DNA from: the human T2T-CHM13v2.0 reference genome, Homo sapiens
DNA length: 64,000 nt
NCBI RefSeq assembly: GCF_009914755.1
Contig: NC_060947.1
Direction: 5' to 3' (one strand)
Below are positions 14,841-26,879 of the stretch, piece by piece; positions within the stretch are counted from its first letter, which is position 1; each line of letters begins with the position of its first letter. The position numbers and the translations under genes were made by a program. The notes under the pieces were generated by a model, which was given only the letters and a program-made list of their open reading frames with translations, was not told where the DNA came from and searched no databases.

Positions 14841-15590
14841 CATTGTGTGTGTATATATATATATGTATAAATCAAGATACACATCATCAATTGATGGACA
14901 CTTAGGCTATTACCATATCTTGGTTATTGTGAATAGTGCTGCAGTATATATATATATATATATACATATACACACACACATATGTATATACACATGTACA
15001 CACGCACGCACATGTGCGTGTACACACGTGCGCACATACGTATGTACGTATATATACGTATATATGTACATATATATATACATATATATGTGTGTGTATA
15101 TATATACACAATGGAATATTATCCAGCCTCATAAAGGAGATACTACCATTTGTGACAATATGTGTGAGCCTGGAGAATATTATTCTAAATAAAATATGCC
15201 ATACACAGAAAGAAACATAGTGTATTATCTCACCTAAATGTGGAATTTTGTTGAACGGTCAAATAAATAGAATTAGAGTAGAATTGTGATTGCCAGGTAT
15301 GAAGAGGGGGAGGAAATGGGAAGAAGCATGTCTAAGCGTACACTCCTTTATGTAAGATAAATAAGTCTGGAGATTTAATGTACAGCATAAGGATTATAGT
15401 TGAGTATTTTATTGTATACTGAAAATTTTCCAAGAAAGTAGATTTTAGGTGCTCTTACCTAAAAAAGTGACTATAGAAGATGATGAATGTGTTAATTTGT
15501 TAGTTTGTAGTAATGATTTCATTATGTATGTGTGTAGCAACACATCATGTTAAACACCTTAAATATATGCAATAAAATAAATTTCAAAAA
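14841..15590 (+). mobile_element. L1MA8/9-like 3' fragment with 5' inversion, nested in the L1MB
   Basis: 14841-14944 antisense L1MA, a microsatellite, then sense L1MA 3' end to the A-rich tail. Confidence 0.85.
14944..15110. repeat. Alternating purine-pyrimidine (TA/CA/TG/CG) tract, ~165 bp
   Basis: Directly visible. Confidence 0.95.
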
Positions 15591-15603
15591 TTAAGACATG
15601 AAA

Positions 15604-17229
15604 TTTTTTAATTTTTTTATTTCAGGTTCAGGGGTAGATATGCATGTTTGTTATATAGGGAAACTGCATGTCACAAAGATTTGGTGTACAGATTGTCACC
15701 CAGGTAATAAGCATGGTACCCAATAAGAATTCTTTCTGATCCTCTCCCTCTTCCCCTCCATCCTCAAATAGGCCCTAGTGTCTCTTCTTTCCCTCCTAGT
15801 GTTCATGTGTTCTCATCATTTTGGCTTCCATTTATAAATGCAATATTTGTTTTTTGGTTCTTGTGTTAGTTTTCAAAAGAAAATGGCCTCCAGCTCCCTC
15901 CACGTTCCTGCAAAGGAGATGATCTCATTCTTTTTCAAGGCTGCATACTATTCCATGGTGTATATATACCAATTCTCTTTATCCAATCTACCATTTATGG
16001 GCATTTAGGTTGATACCATGTCTTTGATATTGTGACTAGTGCTGCAATAAACATTTCTATACAAGTTTTTGTATAGAAATATGTTTCATTTCTTAGGTAT
16101 ATAACTAGGAGTAAAATTACAGGATCATATGGTAACTCCATGACTAGCTTTTTGAAGAACTGTTTTCCAAAGTGACTGGACCATTTTACATTTCCACAAG
16201 CAAAATATGAAGGTTTCAGTTTTTGCACATCCCTGTAAACACTTACTATTCTCATTCTTTTTCATTATAGCCATCCTACTGAATGCAAACTTGTATCTTA
16301 TTGTGGTTTTGATTTGCATTGCTTTAATGATCAGTGATGCTGAGCTTTTTTTCATATGCTTGTTGGCTGCATGAATGTCTTCTTTTGAAAAGTGTGTTTA
16401 TGTCCTTTGCCCACTTTTTAATGGGGTTGTTTTTTCTTGTAAATTTACTTAAGTCCCTTATAGATGCTGGATAGTTGACTTTTATCAAATGCATAGTTTG
16501 CAAATATTTTCTCCCATTCTGTAGGTTGCCTGTTTACTCTGTTGCTAGTTTATTTTGCTGTGCAGAAGCCCTTTAGTTTAATTAGATTCTATTTGTCAAT
16601 TGTTGTTTTTGTTGCGATTGTTTTTGCCATCTTTGTCATGAAATATTTGCTAGTTTCTATGTCCAGAATGCCTAGGTTGCCTAGGCATTTTCCAGAGTTT
16701 TCACAGATTTAGGTTTTACATTTAAGTCTCTAGTCCTTCTTGAGTTGATTTTTTGTATGTGGTATAAGGAAGGGGTTCAGATTCAGTCTTCTGTATATGG
16801 CTAGCCAGCTATCCCAGCACCATTTATTGAATAGGTGACCCTCGTTTCCCTATTGCTTGTTTTTGTCAGCTTTGTCAAAGACCAGATGCTTGTAGGTGTG
16901 CAGCCTTATTTCTTGGCTCTCTATTCTGTTCCATTGGTCTATTTGCCTGTTTTTTGTACCAGTGCCGCGCTGTTTTGGTTACTGTATCCCAGTAGTATAG
17001 TTTGAAGTTGGATAACGTGATGCCTCCAGTTTCTTTATGATTATTATTATTATTTTTGGCATAGTATTGCCTGGGCTATTTGGGCTCCTTTTTTCATTCC
17101 ATAGGAATTTTAAAATACTTTTTTTTTCTAATTTTGTGAAGAATTTCTTTGGTAGTTTGAAAGGAATAGCATTGAATCTGTAAATTGTTTGGGGCAGTAT
17201 GGCTATTTTAACATTATTGATTCTTCCTC
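15604..17229 (-). mobile_element. L1PA13-15-like 3' fragment with an internal L1MB-type patch at ~16050-16300
   Basis: Antisense 3' UTR (GTCACCCAGGTAATAAGCATGGTACCCAATA) and ORF2 3' region. Confidence 0.85.
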
Positions 17230-17230
17230 T

Positions 17231-18095
17231 AAAGAAAGACCAACTAAAAACTGGGAAAGGGAATTAAATAGACATTTCTCAATAGAAGATATATAAATAG
17301 GCAATAGACACATGAAAAGATGCTCAACATCATTAGTCATTAAGGAAATGCAAATCAAACTACAATGAGATGCTACTTCACACCCACTAGGATGGCTATA
17401 AATTTAAAAAGGCACAATGAAAAGTGTTGGCAAGGACGTGGAGAAATTGGAACCCTCATACATTGCTGATGGGTTTGTGAAGTGGTACAGCTGCTTTGGA
17501 AAACAGTTTGGCAGTTCCTCAAAAAGTTAAACATAGAGTTCCATATGACCCAGCAATTCCACCCTTATTTATGTATCCAAGAAAAATGGAAACATATGCC
17601 AACACAAAAACCTGTACATGAATGTTTATAGCAACATTACTCATAATATCCAAAATGTGGAAACAACCCAAATATCCATCAACTGATGAATGGATAAATA
17701 AGATGTGGTATATCATAAAATGGAATGCTTTTCAGCAAAAATAGGGAATGAAGTACTGATACATGCTACAATATGAATGGACCTTGAAAACATTATGCTA
17801 ATGAAATAAGCCAGTCACGGAAGAACACATATTGTATGGTTTCATTTACATAAAATGTTTAGAATAGGCAAGTGAGTAGAGCCAGAAAGTGGTTGCCTAA
17901 GGCTAGGTGAATGGGGGGAAATGGGAAGTGACTACCAATGAGCATGGGGTTTCTTTCTCGGGTGGCAAAATGTCCTAAAATTAGATTGTGGTGATGGCTG
18001 CACAACTCTGTGAATATACTAAAAACTATTGATTTGTATAATTTCAATGGATGATTTTTATTGAATGTTAATATCTCAATCATCCTGTTTAAAAA
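17231..18095 (+). mobile_element. L1MB-type ORF2 end and 3' UTR (continuation of the 12100-14840 element)
   Basis: Colinear with the break at 14840; L1MB 3' UTR ATTAGATTGTGGTGATGGCTGCACAACTCTGTGAATATACT. Confidence 0.9.
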
Positions 18096-18109
18096 TAAAT
18101 AATGTGCAT

Positions 18110-18335
18110 ATTGTAGTTTTTAGGGATGAAGTTTCCTGATATCTGAAACTGACTTTGAAATTGATCAAAGATATTGTGGATTGATAATTGGATAAATGGG
18201 TAGATGGCTAGAGACACAGATATATGATGAAGCAAACAGCAAAATCTTAACAATCATAACATTTAGGTGGTGATTATATGGATATGGCATTTCTATATGT
18301 TTGAAAAATTTCAAATATAATGATGGAAAAATACC
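18110..18335 (+). mobile_element. Old L1 (L1ME-type) 3' end
   Basis: GATATATGATGAAGCAAA...TAGGTGGTG...TATGTTTGAAAAATTTCA. Confidence 0.6.
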
Positions 18336-18774
18336 AAAAAAGTAATTTGAAGCTAAATTATAGTTCTGTAAACTAGAATCGAGTGTTGCAACCCAGAATG
18401 AAGACTCGGTAATATCTAGGGAAAGGAGCATATATGGAAATCATCTTGGCTTTCATTTCACTAGGATGCTAATCAGCCTATTACTGTTGCTTGGAATCCG
18501 TGGTCTATGAGTTTAGGATTAAATTGGGCTTTGTGTTCCCATAATATGTTAATATTTGCACTAGGGGGTTATAATATCTGGAGGGAAAATAAAACTATAG
18601 ATACATTAGTTACTGAGAGTGTTATTTGAAACACTGTGGCTTTTTTGACAAAGTAGAATTTTGTGATTATGGAAGTTAGGGTAAATAAAAATGGCATCTT
18701 ATTAGAGGTGCTTTTCTTTCCTATCCACCAATTTCAAAATCTTTTAGTATGTGTTTTCTCTGTTTCACATTTCT

Positions 18775-19190
18775 TATTTTATTTTACTTTATTTAAAATA
18801 TTCTACTTTTATTTTAGTTTTGTGATGTACATGTGAAAGTTTTTTACCTGGATATATTGAGTGATGCTGAGGTTTAGGGTACAATTGATTCCCCTCACTC
18901 ATGCACTGAGCATAGTACCCAATAGTTAGTTTTTCAACCCTTGCCTCCCTTCCCTCTCTAATAGTTACCAGTGTCTATTGTTCCCATCTTTATGTCCATA
19001 TGTGCTCAGTATTTAGCTCTCACTTACAAATGAGAACATGCGCTATTGTTTCCTGCATTAATTTGCTTAGGATAATGGCCTCCAGCTGCATCTATGTTGC
19101 TGCAAAGGACATGATTTCATTCTTCTTAATGGCTGCATAGTATTCTATGGTGTATATATACCACGTTGTCTTTATCCAGTCCACCATTGA
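18775..19190 (-). mobile_element. 5'-truncated L1PA15/16-like 3' end
   Basis: T-rich tail, then antisense 3' UTR (GCATAGTACCCAATAGTTAGTTTTTCAACCC) up to CCACCATTGA. Confidence 0.9.
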
Positions 19191-19191
19191 C

Positions 19192-19270
19192 ATCTATACC
19201 CATACCACTCTGAATGTGTCTGATATCAGAAGCTAAGCAGAGTCATGCCTGGTTAGTTCTTGGATGGGAG
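19192..19270 (+). pseudogene. 5S rRNA-derived retrosequence (nt 1 to ~89, 3'-truncated, ~10-nt internal deletion)
   Basis: ATCTATACCCATACCACTCTGAATGTGTCTGATATCAGAAGCTAAGCAGAGTCATGCCTGGTTAGTTCTTGGATGGGAG vs human 5S GTCTACGGCCATACCACCCTGAACGCG...GATCTCGGAAGCTAAGCAGGGTCGGGCCTGGTTAGTACTTGGATGGGAG. Confidence 0.92.
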
Positions 19271-19697
19271 TTTCGCCTTTCTGTCACATAGTGCTACACT
19301 CAACTCTCATAAGATGTATTTTCAATCTTGTATTATCTTAGCTATATCTACTGTCTCTGGTTTTATAATGGTTTATATATATGCAATCTTCTTTCAAGGA
19401 TGTTTCAAGGAATATTTGTACTATTGTCTACCCATTTGTTTCAGTCTACATAGACTGATATTTAGTAGATGCCAAAGGCATTGCTACAGAAGAATTTTCA
19501 GGTTAAACCCCTACCGATCTATTGAGGACCAGTATCTTCCCCTTCTCCTCAAAACACTGCTATCTCTGCTATTTAATATTCCCAATCTCAAGTAGCATTT
19601 CTTTCTACTACCCATTTACTCTTCCATTACTGGAAAATGCCTCTAGTGTTTCATTTTCTTTTCTTCACTAGCTCAGTTGAGTTTCTCATAGTTCTAG

Positions 19698-20082
<385 letters not shown>

Positions 20083-20309
20083 TAAAGACTTTCATTTGTG
20101 TTTGTATTTTCCGTACATTTTGTTGTAACACTTTTTTTATAACATTATATTAACTTATTTTGTTGATTAGTGCATAGTGAGAGATAAAAAATTGAACTTC
20201 TTTACAGTTGATTCAAGGTCTATCTGAAAAATAAGGCAAGGAACCAGTTGATTTTAAACTACACCACAAACAATAAAATATTAGCAACCGTGATGGGGTT
20301 CTTCTCACA

Positions 20310-20535
20310 CTGTATCTCTCTGACTGACTTTTCTTCCTTCCCTTTCCACTCTTAAATGCTTATGTGATTACGTTAGGCCTACTTGGATAATCTAGAATAA
20401 CCACTCAATTCTATTGTCAGCTGATTAGCAAATCTTAATTCCATCTACAAAGTCTCTTTTGCCATGTAACATAAAAATCACAGAAGTAACACCATGGGCT
20501 AAAGGGGTTAAAGATCATGGGGGCCAAAATCTTGT
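20310..20535 (-). mobile_element. MLT1 (D/E-like) MaLR LTR fragment
   Basis: GATAATCTAGAATAA...TCAGCTGATTAGCAAATCTTAATTCCATCTACAAAGTC...TTTGCCATGTAACATA. Confidence 0.75.
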
Positions 20536-20556
20536 CTCTTCACCAGTCCTTGTCTG

Positions 20557-20612
20557 TGGACTGTTTCTGTGGCTGGCATGTTCATGGACTGTTTCTGTGG
20601 CTGGCATGTTCA
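20557..20612. repeat. Perfect 28-bp tandem duplication
   Basis: TGGACTGTTTCTGTGGCTGGCATGTTCA at 20557-20584 and 20585-20612. Confidence 0.97.
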
Positions 20613-21796
20613 TTTTTTTTTTTAACAATGTCTTTCAAAAAGCAAAAGATTAAATGTGGGAAATGCCCAATTATTTTTTTTTGCTTTATGATTATGCTTT
20701 TTGTGTGTCCTATCTAATAAATCGTTGCAAATAATATGCCCTACTTTTTCTAGGTTTTTTTTATTTTTAGCTTTCACATTTCTATGAAATGTATTTTGAG
20801 TTAATTTTTGTATATGGTTTGCATTAAGGGCCTATGCTCAATTATTTTCCACATAGATGTTCAGTTGTTCAAACGTAGTTGAAGATTCTTTTCCCAGTGA
20901 TTTTCTATCCATTTTCTGTACATTGTACTGTTTCATTGACTATGTGCCTATCCTGCAGCCCAATGTCATATTGCACCATTAGAGTAACTCTTCAAATCAA
21001 GTAGTGTAAGTCCTTTGACTTTGTTCCTCAGTTTAAAAGTGCTTTGGGCAGGCATTCTTGGTCTTTTCAATTCCCATATACATCCTAAAATCAATTTTCC
21101 AATTTCTATAAATTTTTAAAACTTCTGAAATTTTGGTTGGTTTTGTGTTGAATATATAGATAAATTTGGGTGTAACTTGTATATTATCTATTTTAGTCAT
21201 CCAATCCAGAATTAGAGTATTTTTCTTAATTTATTTAAATATTCTCTAATCTGTTTGTCAGTGTTCTCTAGTCTCAATTCTTCTGTCTTTCGTGTCTTTT
21301 GTTAAATTTAATCATAAGTACTTGATGATTTGAGGTACTATTGTAAATACAAACTAATATTTTATTCATTTTTGTATATTAATCTAGTCTCTGACCATGA
21401 TAAAGTCACTTATTTTTTCTAGAAGTTATATGCAGATTCCTCAGCATTCTCCTATTTTAACAATTATTTCACCTGCATGTGTATATAGTTTTACTTCTTC
21501 CTTTAACATTTTATCACTTTCATTTTTTTCCTTCCTTCATTGCTATGGCTAGGGCCTCCAACACAAAGTTTAAGAGAGGTGTTGAAAGGGGACATTGTCT
21601 TGTTTCTGACATTAGAAGAAAAGATTTACTCTTTCACCATTAAGTATGATGTTAGCTGTAGGATTTTCATTGTTTGTAGATGCCCGTTATCTAATTGAGG
21701 AAGTTGTCTTCTATTACTAGTTTGATGAATATTTTTATCATGAATGGCTATTTGATTTTGTAAAACGATTTTTCTGCATCTCGTAAAATGACAAAA

Positions 21797-21850
21797 TATA
21801 CACCTACTATGTACCCACAAAAATTAAAAATATAAAAATTGAAAATAATT
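21797..21850 (+). mobile_element. Extremely 5'-truncated L1MA 3' terminus (~50 bp)
   Basis: TACACCTACTATGTACCCACAAAAATTAAAAA; GACAAAAT repeated on both sides (21790-21797, 21857-21864). Confidence 0.75.
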
Positions 21851-22019
21851 TGAAAAGACAAAATTATTTTTCCTTTTGTTCTCTTAATATGGTTTGCTAA
21901 TTACATTAACTGATTACTTCAGTATTAAACAAAACTGGAATTCTGTAGATAAATTACCCTCCTTAGTCAGGTTGTATTATTATTTTATATATGGTGGACT
22001 TAGATTCAGTAACATTTGG

Positions 22020-22440
22020 ACCATGCAACATATAAGAGACCATGCAATATTTTTCTTTCTGTGTCTGGCGCATTTCACTTAATATAATGTCTTTCAGGTC
22101 TTTCTCTGTTGTGGCAAAGAGCAGAATTTTCTTCTTTTTTATGGGTGAATAATTTTCCTACATCTATATGTGTGTGTGTGTGTGTGTACGTGTGTGTGTG
22201 TGTGTGTGTGTGTGTATTATATATATATATATTTGACTTTGTTCTTTAGAAGTGCTTATATGTGTATATATATACATTCCTCTTGTCACACAAAAGTAAC
22301 TATGTGAGATGATGGATATGCTAATTTGCTTCACTATAGCAACCACTTTACTATTTATATCCCATAACATCATGTTCTAAGCCTCAAATATACACAATAA
22401 AATTGATTTCAATGAATAAAAATTAAAGAAAATAATTAAA
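22020..22440 (+). mobile_element. L1MA7/8-like 3' fragment with 5' inversion and a (TG)n(TA)n tract
   Basis: Antisense L1MA ~22035-22165, microsatellite ~22166-22275, sense 3' UTR ~22280-22440. Confidence 0.8.
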
Positions 22441-23699
22441 AAGGAATATTGATCTGCAGTTTTTTATAATATCATTTTGTGATTTTAGTATTAGAGTAAT
22501 GCTGGCCTCATAAAATGAGGTGAAAAGTGTTCCCTCCATTGAATTTTCTTAAGGAGTCTGAGGTTGGTATAATTTCTCAAATGTTCACTAGATTTCAACA
22601 AAGAAGCCACCAGAAACATGGAGGGTTTTGGGGGGAAGTTAGCTAACTATGAATTCAATTTATTTAATATATCTAGCACTATTCAGGTTATTTATTTCTT
22701 CTTGAGTGAGTTTTGGTAGCTTGAATCTTTCAAGGGACTTCTCTGTTCATCTAGGTTTTAGAATTTGTTTGCATAAAGTTGTACATGATGTTCCTTTATT
22801 ATCCTTTTAATAGATATAGGATCTGCAGTAATATTCATTATTTCCTTCAAGATATTGGGATTTTCTTTCTATCATTTTTTATTATTAATATAGCTAGGGG
22901 TTGTGAATTTTGTTGATATTTTCCAAGAACCGGATTTTGGCATTATTTTATTTTGGAGTATTTAATCCAATTAACATATTTCTGTCATTTGAGTCATCTC
23001 AGAATTGGCATCTGTTGACTGTCTTTTCCTTTGAAGTGGGGTCTAAGTTTCCTGGTTCTTTGTATGTCACATAATTTCAAATCGTGTCATGGCCACTAGG
23101 AATTTCATGTTGTAGACACTCTGAATTATGTTATATTGCTCTGAACAGTACCAATTTGTTTCTCTTCCAGTAAGTAGTTAAAATAGTTAGACCCAAACTG
23201 CAAAATATCCTAACTGAAGGGGTCAGTGGCTCAAATTTCAGTTGTTGAAAGCTGTTTCCAGTTTTCCCTACATATGCATGTTTCACAGGTTGAAGTGAGT
23301 TTAAACACAAAATTTAGGGTTTCTCTTCTTTGATTATTTTCCTTCCAGGGTTCTGTGTTCACTTGACTACCAGAAACATTTCTAGTTTACCATCAGAGTT
23401 TTAGCCGCTTCCATGCTTCTGTGACTGCAGCTACTCTCAGGTAAAACTGTAAAAATACAGGGTATTCGCACAGTGCTGGTCACTTGGTCCCTTCTAAAAA
23501 TGTTTGTATTTGTACAGTTTCTAGAGCCCCAGGTATTTGGGTTTATTTGTTTATTTTTGTCTAATGTTTATAGCTCATATTTGTGGGAGGATCAATATGT
23601 TAGGCGCTTGCTTCTCCAAAATGGAAGCAGAAACCACTAGTGGAAGCTTTAAAATAGATAATTGTCTGTTTCTATAGAGATAGACTGTATTCACTTGGG

Positions 23700-24890
23700 A
23701 TTGAGCAAAGGCATGAGCCTCAGTAAAGTGGACCCATCAGAAAATATGTGTAAGGAGTCTGTCTTGAATTAATTAACAGTGAAATCCCTATTTATGATCC
23801 AAGTAGATATGCTGAGGCAGACCAGTGTACAGAATTTGAGGAAGAGGTCTGAGTTGGAAAGAGAATTTTGGCAATCACCAGTGTATAGAATGTATGGCAT
23901 CTAAGTGAATTATACTGGATTAAACTATGAAGGGAATAATTTTATGTAAAGAAGAACAAAGTCTGAGGACTGAAAGGAGACATTTCACAGCTTTAGGAGC
24001 CAGGAAAATAAGAAGAAACAAGGAAAAAAGACTGAGAATAAAATAATGGACTTGGAAGGTATGAGGAGAATCAAATAAATGCTTCAAGAAAATTGGATTA
24101 GAATAATGCCAAATGTTGCTAATGAATGAAATAAGATGAGGACTGAAAATTGGCTGGTAAAATTGGATTAATGTACATTATTGATTACCTTAAAAGAGCA
24201 GTGTGTATGAAGTAGTTGAAAGAAACTCTTCAGGAGATTCAAGAAAAAAATAGGTAATAAGAGGCAGAAATACCTAGGACATACACAAACCTTTTGAGGA
24301 GATTTTCTGTAAAGGGGAACAGAGTAATGGGGCAGTAATTGAAGGAGAAAATTGGAGTAAAAAAGGTATTAATGTTAGAAGTAACATTATACATTGTTTA
24401 TTTGCTGGCAGAAATTATCTAACCAAGGGAAAAGAAAATTGAAGATGTAGGACATCAGTTGGCAAACGTTTTCTCTAAAGGGACAGATATTAAATATTAT
24501 AAACTTTGTCAGCCATATGATCTCTGTCATAACTGCAACCATAGGTAACATGTAAATTAATGGGCATGGCTGTGTTCCAATGAAACTTGATTTACTAACA
24601 GATGAAAGGCAGGGTTGGGTTGTGGGCCTTAGTTTGCTGGCCACTGATATTAAGAGAAAAGAGGGTAATATCAGAAATTAAATTCTTGAGTAGGCAAGCC
24701 TTGAGAGGATCCAATATACAAGTATAGAGATTATCAGTTGATCAAAAAAGAAAGTTCATCCATTTTAATAGAATTTAGGGTGAAGTATGACCCTTATATA
24801 GGTAGAATGGTAGATGGTGGTGTAGAAGCATATACAACTCTCCTTTAGATTTCTTCTATTTTTCCATGTTAGGAAATGTTAAATCATCCA
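23700..24890 (-). mobile_element. L2 remnant, interrupted by MER58A
   Basis: AAATGTTGCTAATGAATGAAATAAGATGAGGACTGAAAATTGG and related L2 motifs. Confidence 0.7.
24453..24646. mobile_element. MER58A (hAT-Charlie)
   Basis: GGCAAACGTTTTCTCTAAAGGGACAGAT...GGCATGGCTGTGTTCCAATGAAACTT...AGTTTGCTGGCCACTG. Confidence 0.88.
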
Positions 24891-25901
24891 CTTGATCTTA
24901 ATTATCCTACCCATCCCTGATAAACATCTTCAGCTTTGCCTACCCCTATTCCATGCTCTGCTTACAGTAACAGAATCATTTTATAATAGAAAAAAAGAGA
25001 GGAAAATGCAAAATGATTTTTAATGGTTTCTCAAATAACACTAATTCTGCTTCTCATTCATTAAACACCTAAAACGATAGAGCAGTCTAAGAAATCAAGG
25101 GGTTAGAATTATTGTTAACCTTTAATTTTACCAAACCAGATTCTAAATGTATGGTAATTCATTGTGAGTTTTTTTTTTTACTTGAGACTGTTCTAAAAGT
25201 GCACCTAAAACATCTTTTTCCTGTTTGTCATAATAAGGCAAAGAAATGTTCTTAGCAATTTCTTTCCCAGCCATTTTTTAACTTCAAAAACTTTTCTCTA
25301 AATATGCTTAGTTTAGTAGAGAAATGTTTATTCCCATTGTATAAAATGACTACATTTTAACACCACTAAGATTTAGAAGGTATTCTATTTTGGTGGATTA
25401 CTTCTATGGCAGCCAACATTACATTACAGAAGGTGCTGTAAACTACAGTGATTGCAAAAGTAATAGCAACAAGCATACAGATATTTGAGAAAATCATGTT
25501 TTCTGAGATTGAATATATTGACAGGTCTTTCTAGCCTCCCCATTTTCCCTACTCTTCCAAAATTTGAAGTAATTGCAAATGTCAGTGCCCTGGATTCTAT
25601 CAGGTTTGAGGCCATATTGCCTCAGTCTTTTGAGTAAGAACCCTGCAGCCACCTTATAAAACATGTTTAAAGTAGAAACCACATGGATTTTTTTATTTTT
25701 TATTTTTATTTTTTTAGTTAAAGACAAGTAGTTCTGGGTTCAGACATAATTTTCAGAAAATAGCTTCTCACCTGTGTGTTGAGGACTTAAAATGGTTTTA
25801 CTATGACACTAATATTTTTCCCTTCACAAGATACAGTGTACAATAATTTTTAGGGAAAATAATATTTGAGTGGAAATGGGAGTCAAAGGTAACTGAGAGT
25901 A

Positions 25902-26237
<336 letters not shown>

Positions 26238-26254
26238 TCATGACACTTTAACTC

Positions 26255-26455
26255 AATGGTTAAGAGCACAGATTTAGGATCCAGGCTTACAAGTTGGAGA
26301 AAGTTACTTATACCTCAGGATCTCTGCCTTCTCATCTGTAAAATAGAAATCAGTAATACCCACTTCATAGGGTTATTATAAGAAGTAATGTTTTAATATT
26401 TGTCAAAAACGTAGAACAGTACCTAGCACAATAAGTGTCAGTTAAATAAAAACTA
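26255..26455 (+). mobile_element. MIR
   Basis: TGGTTAAGAGCAC...CTCATCTGTAAAATAG...ATACCCACTTCATAGGGTTATT...GAACAGTACCTAGCACA. Confidence 0.8.
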
Positions 26456-26879
26456 AATAAATAATGCATGAGGGGAAGTTATTGATGCAAAATAAAGTGG
26501 CCCAGGAAAAGAGCTTGGGGGCATCACTGCGTCAAGCTATGTCATAATAAAAACTAAGTATTCATGCTCCCAGGTCATTTCTGCCTCAATAACTTTAACT
26601 ACAAGTACATAAGACTTTCAGAGATGACTAATGCTAAATTAATGATAGTCCTTTCTTCAGAATGGATATAAATATTTTTGCTTTTCTATCTCAGAGCTTT
26701 TAACATTATTATTGTCAAATATGTTTGAACTACACATTGCATAACCTTAAACTTAAATTTGTTATGTTCTCCCTTCATCAGTATTGGACAAACTAAAATC
26801 CAATGACTTGGTTTGTTTATTATCCTTATTAAGAAATCTGATTAGACTTGCACTAAAACAATTTATTTTATCCTGTTAG

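Larger units (their letters stand above)
20590..23640 (-). mobile_element. Old L1M-type ORF2 remnant, interrupted by younger L1 pieces
   Basis: Antisense ORF2 motifs such as CTTTCACCATTAAGTATGATGTTAGCTGTAGG and GTAATGCTGGCCTCATAAAATGAG. Confidence 0.8.

Noticed and set aside
14868-14885. Possible third templated insert in an L1 microsatellite (AAATCAAGATACA)
   Set aside because: I could not find a convincing local donor.
14845-15220. Four overlapping Y/I/H/T/C/V-rich ORFs
   Set aside because: They are translations of a stop-free dinucleotide tract.
19192-19270. Functional 5S rRNA gene
   Set aside because: It is 3'-truncated, internally deleted and CpG-decayed, so it is a retrosequence only.
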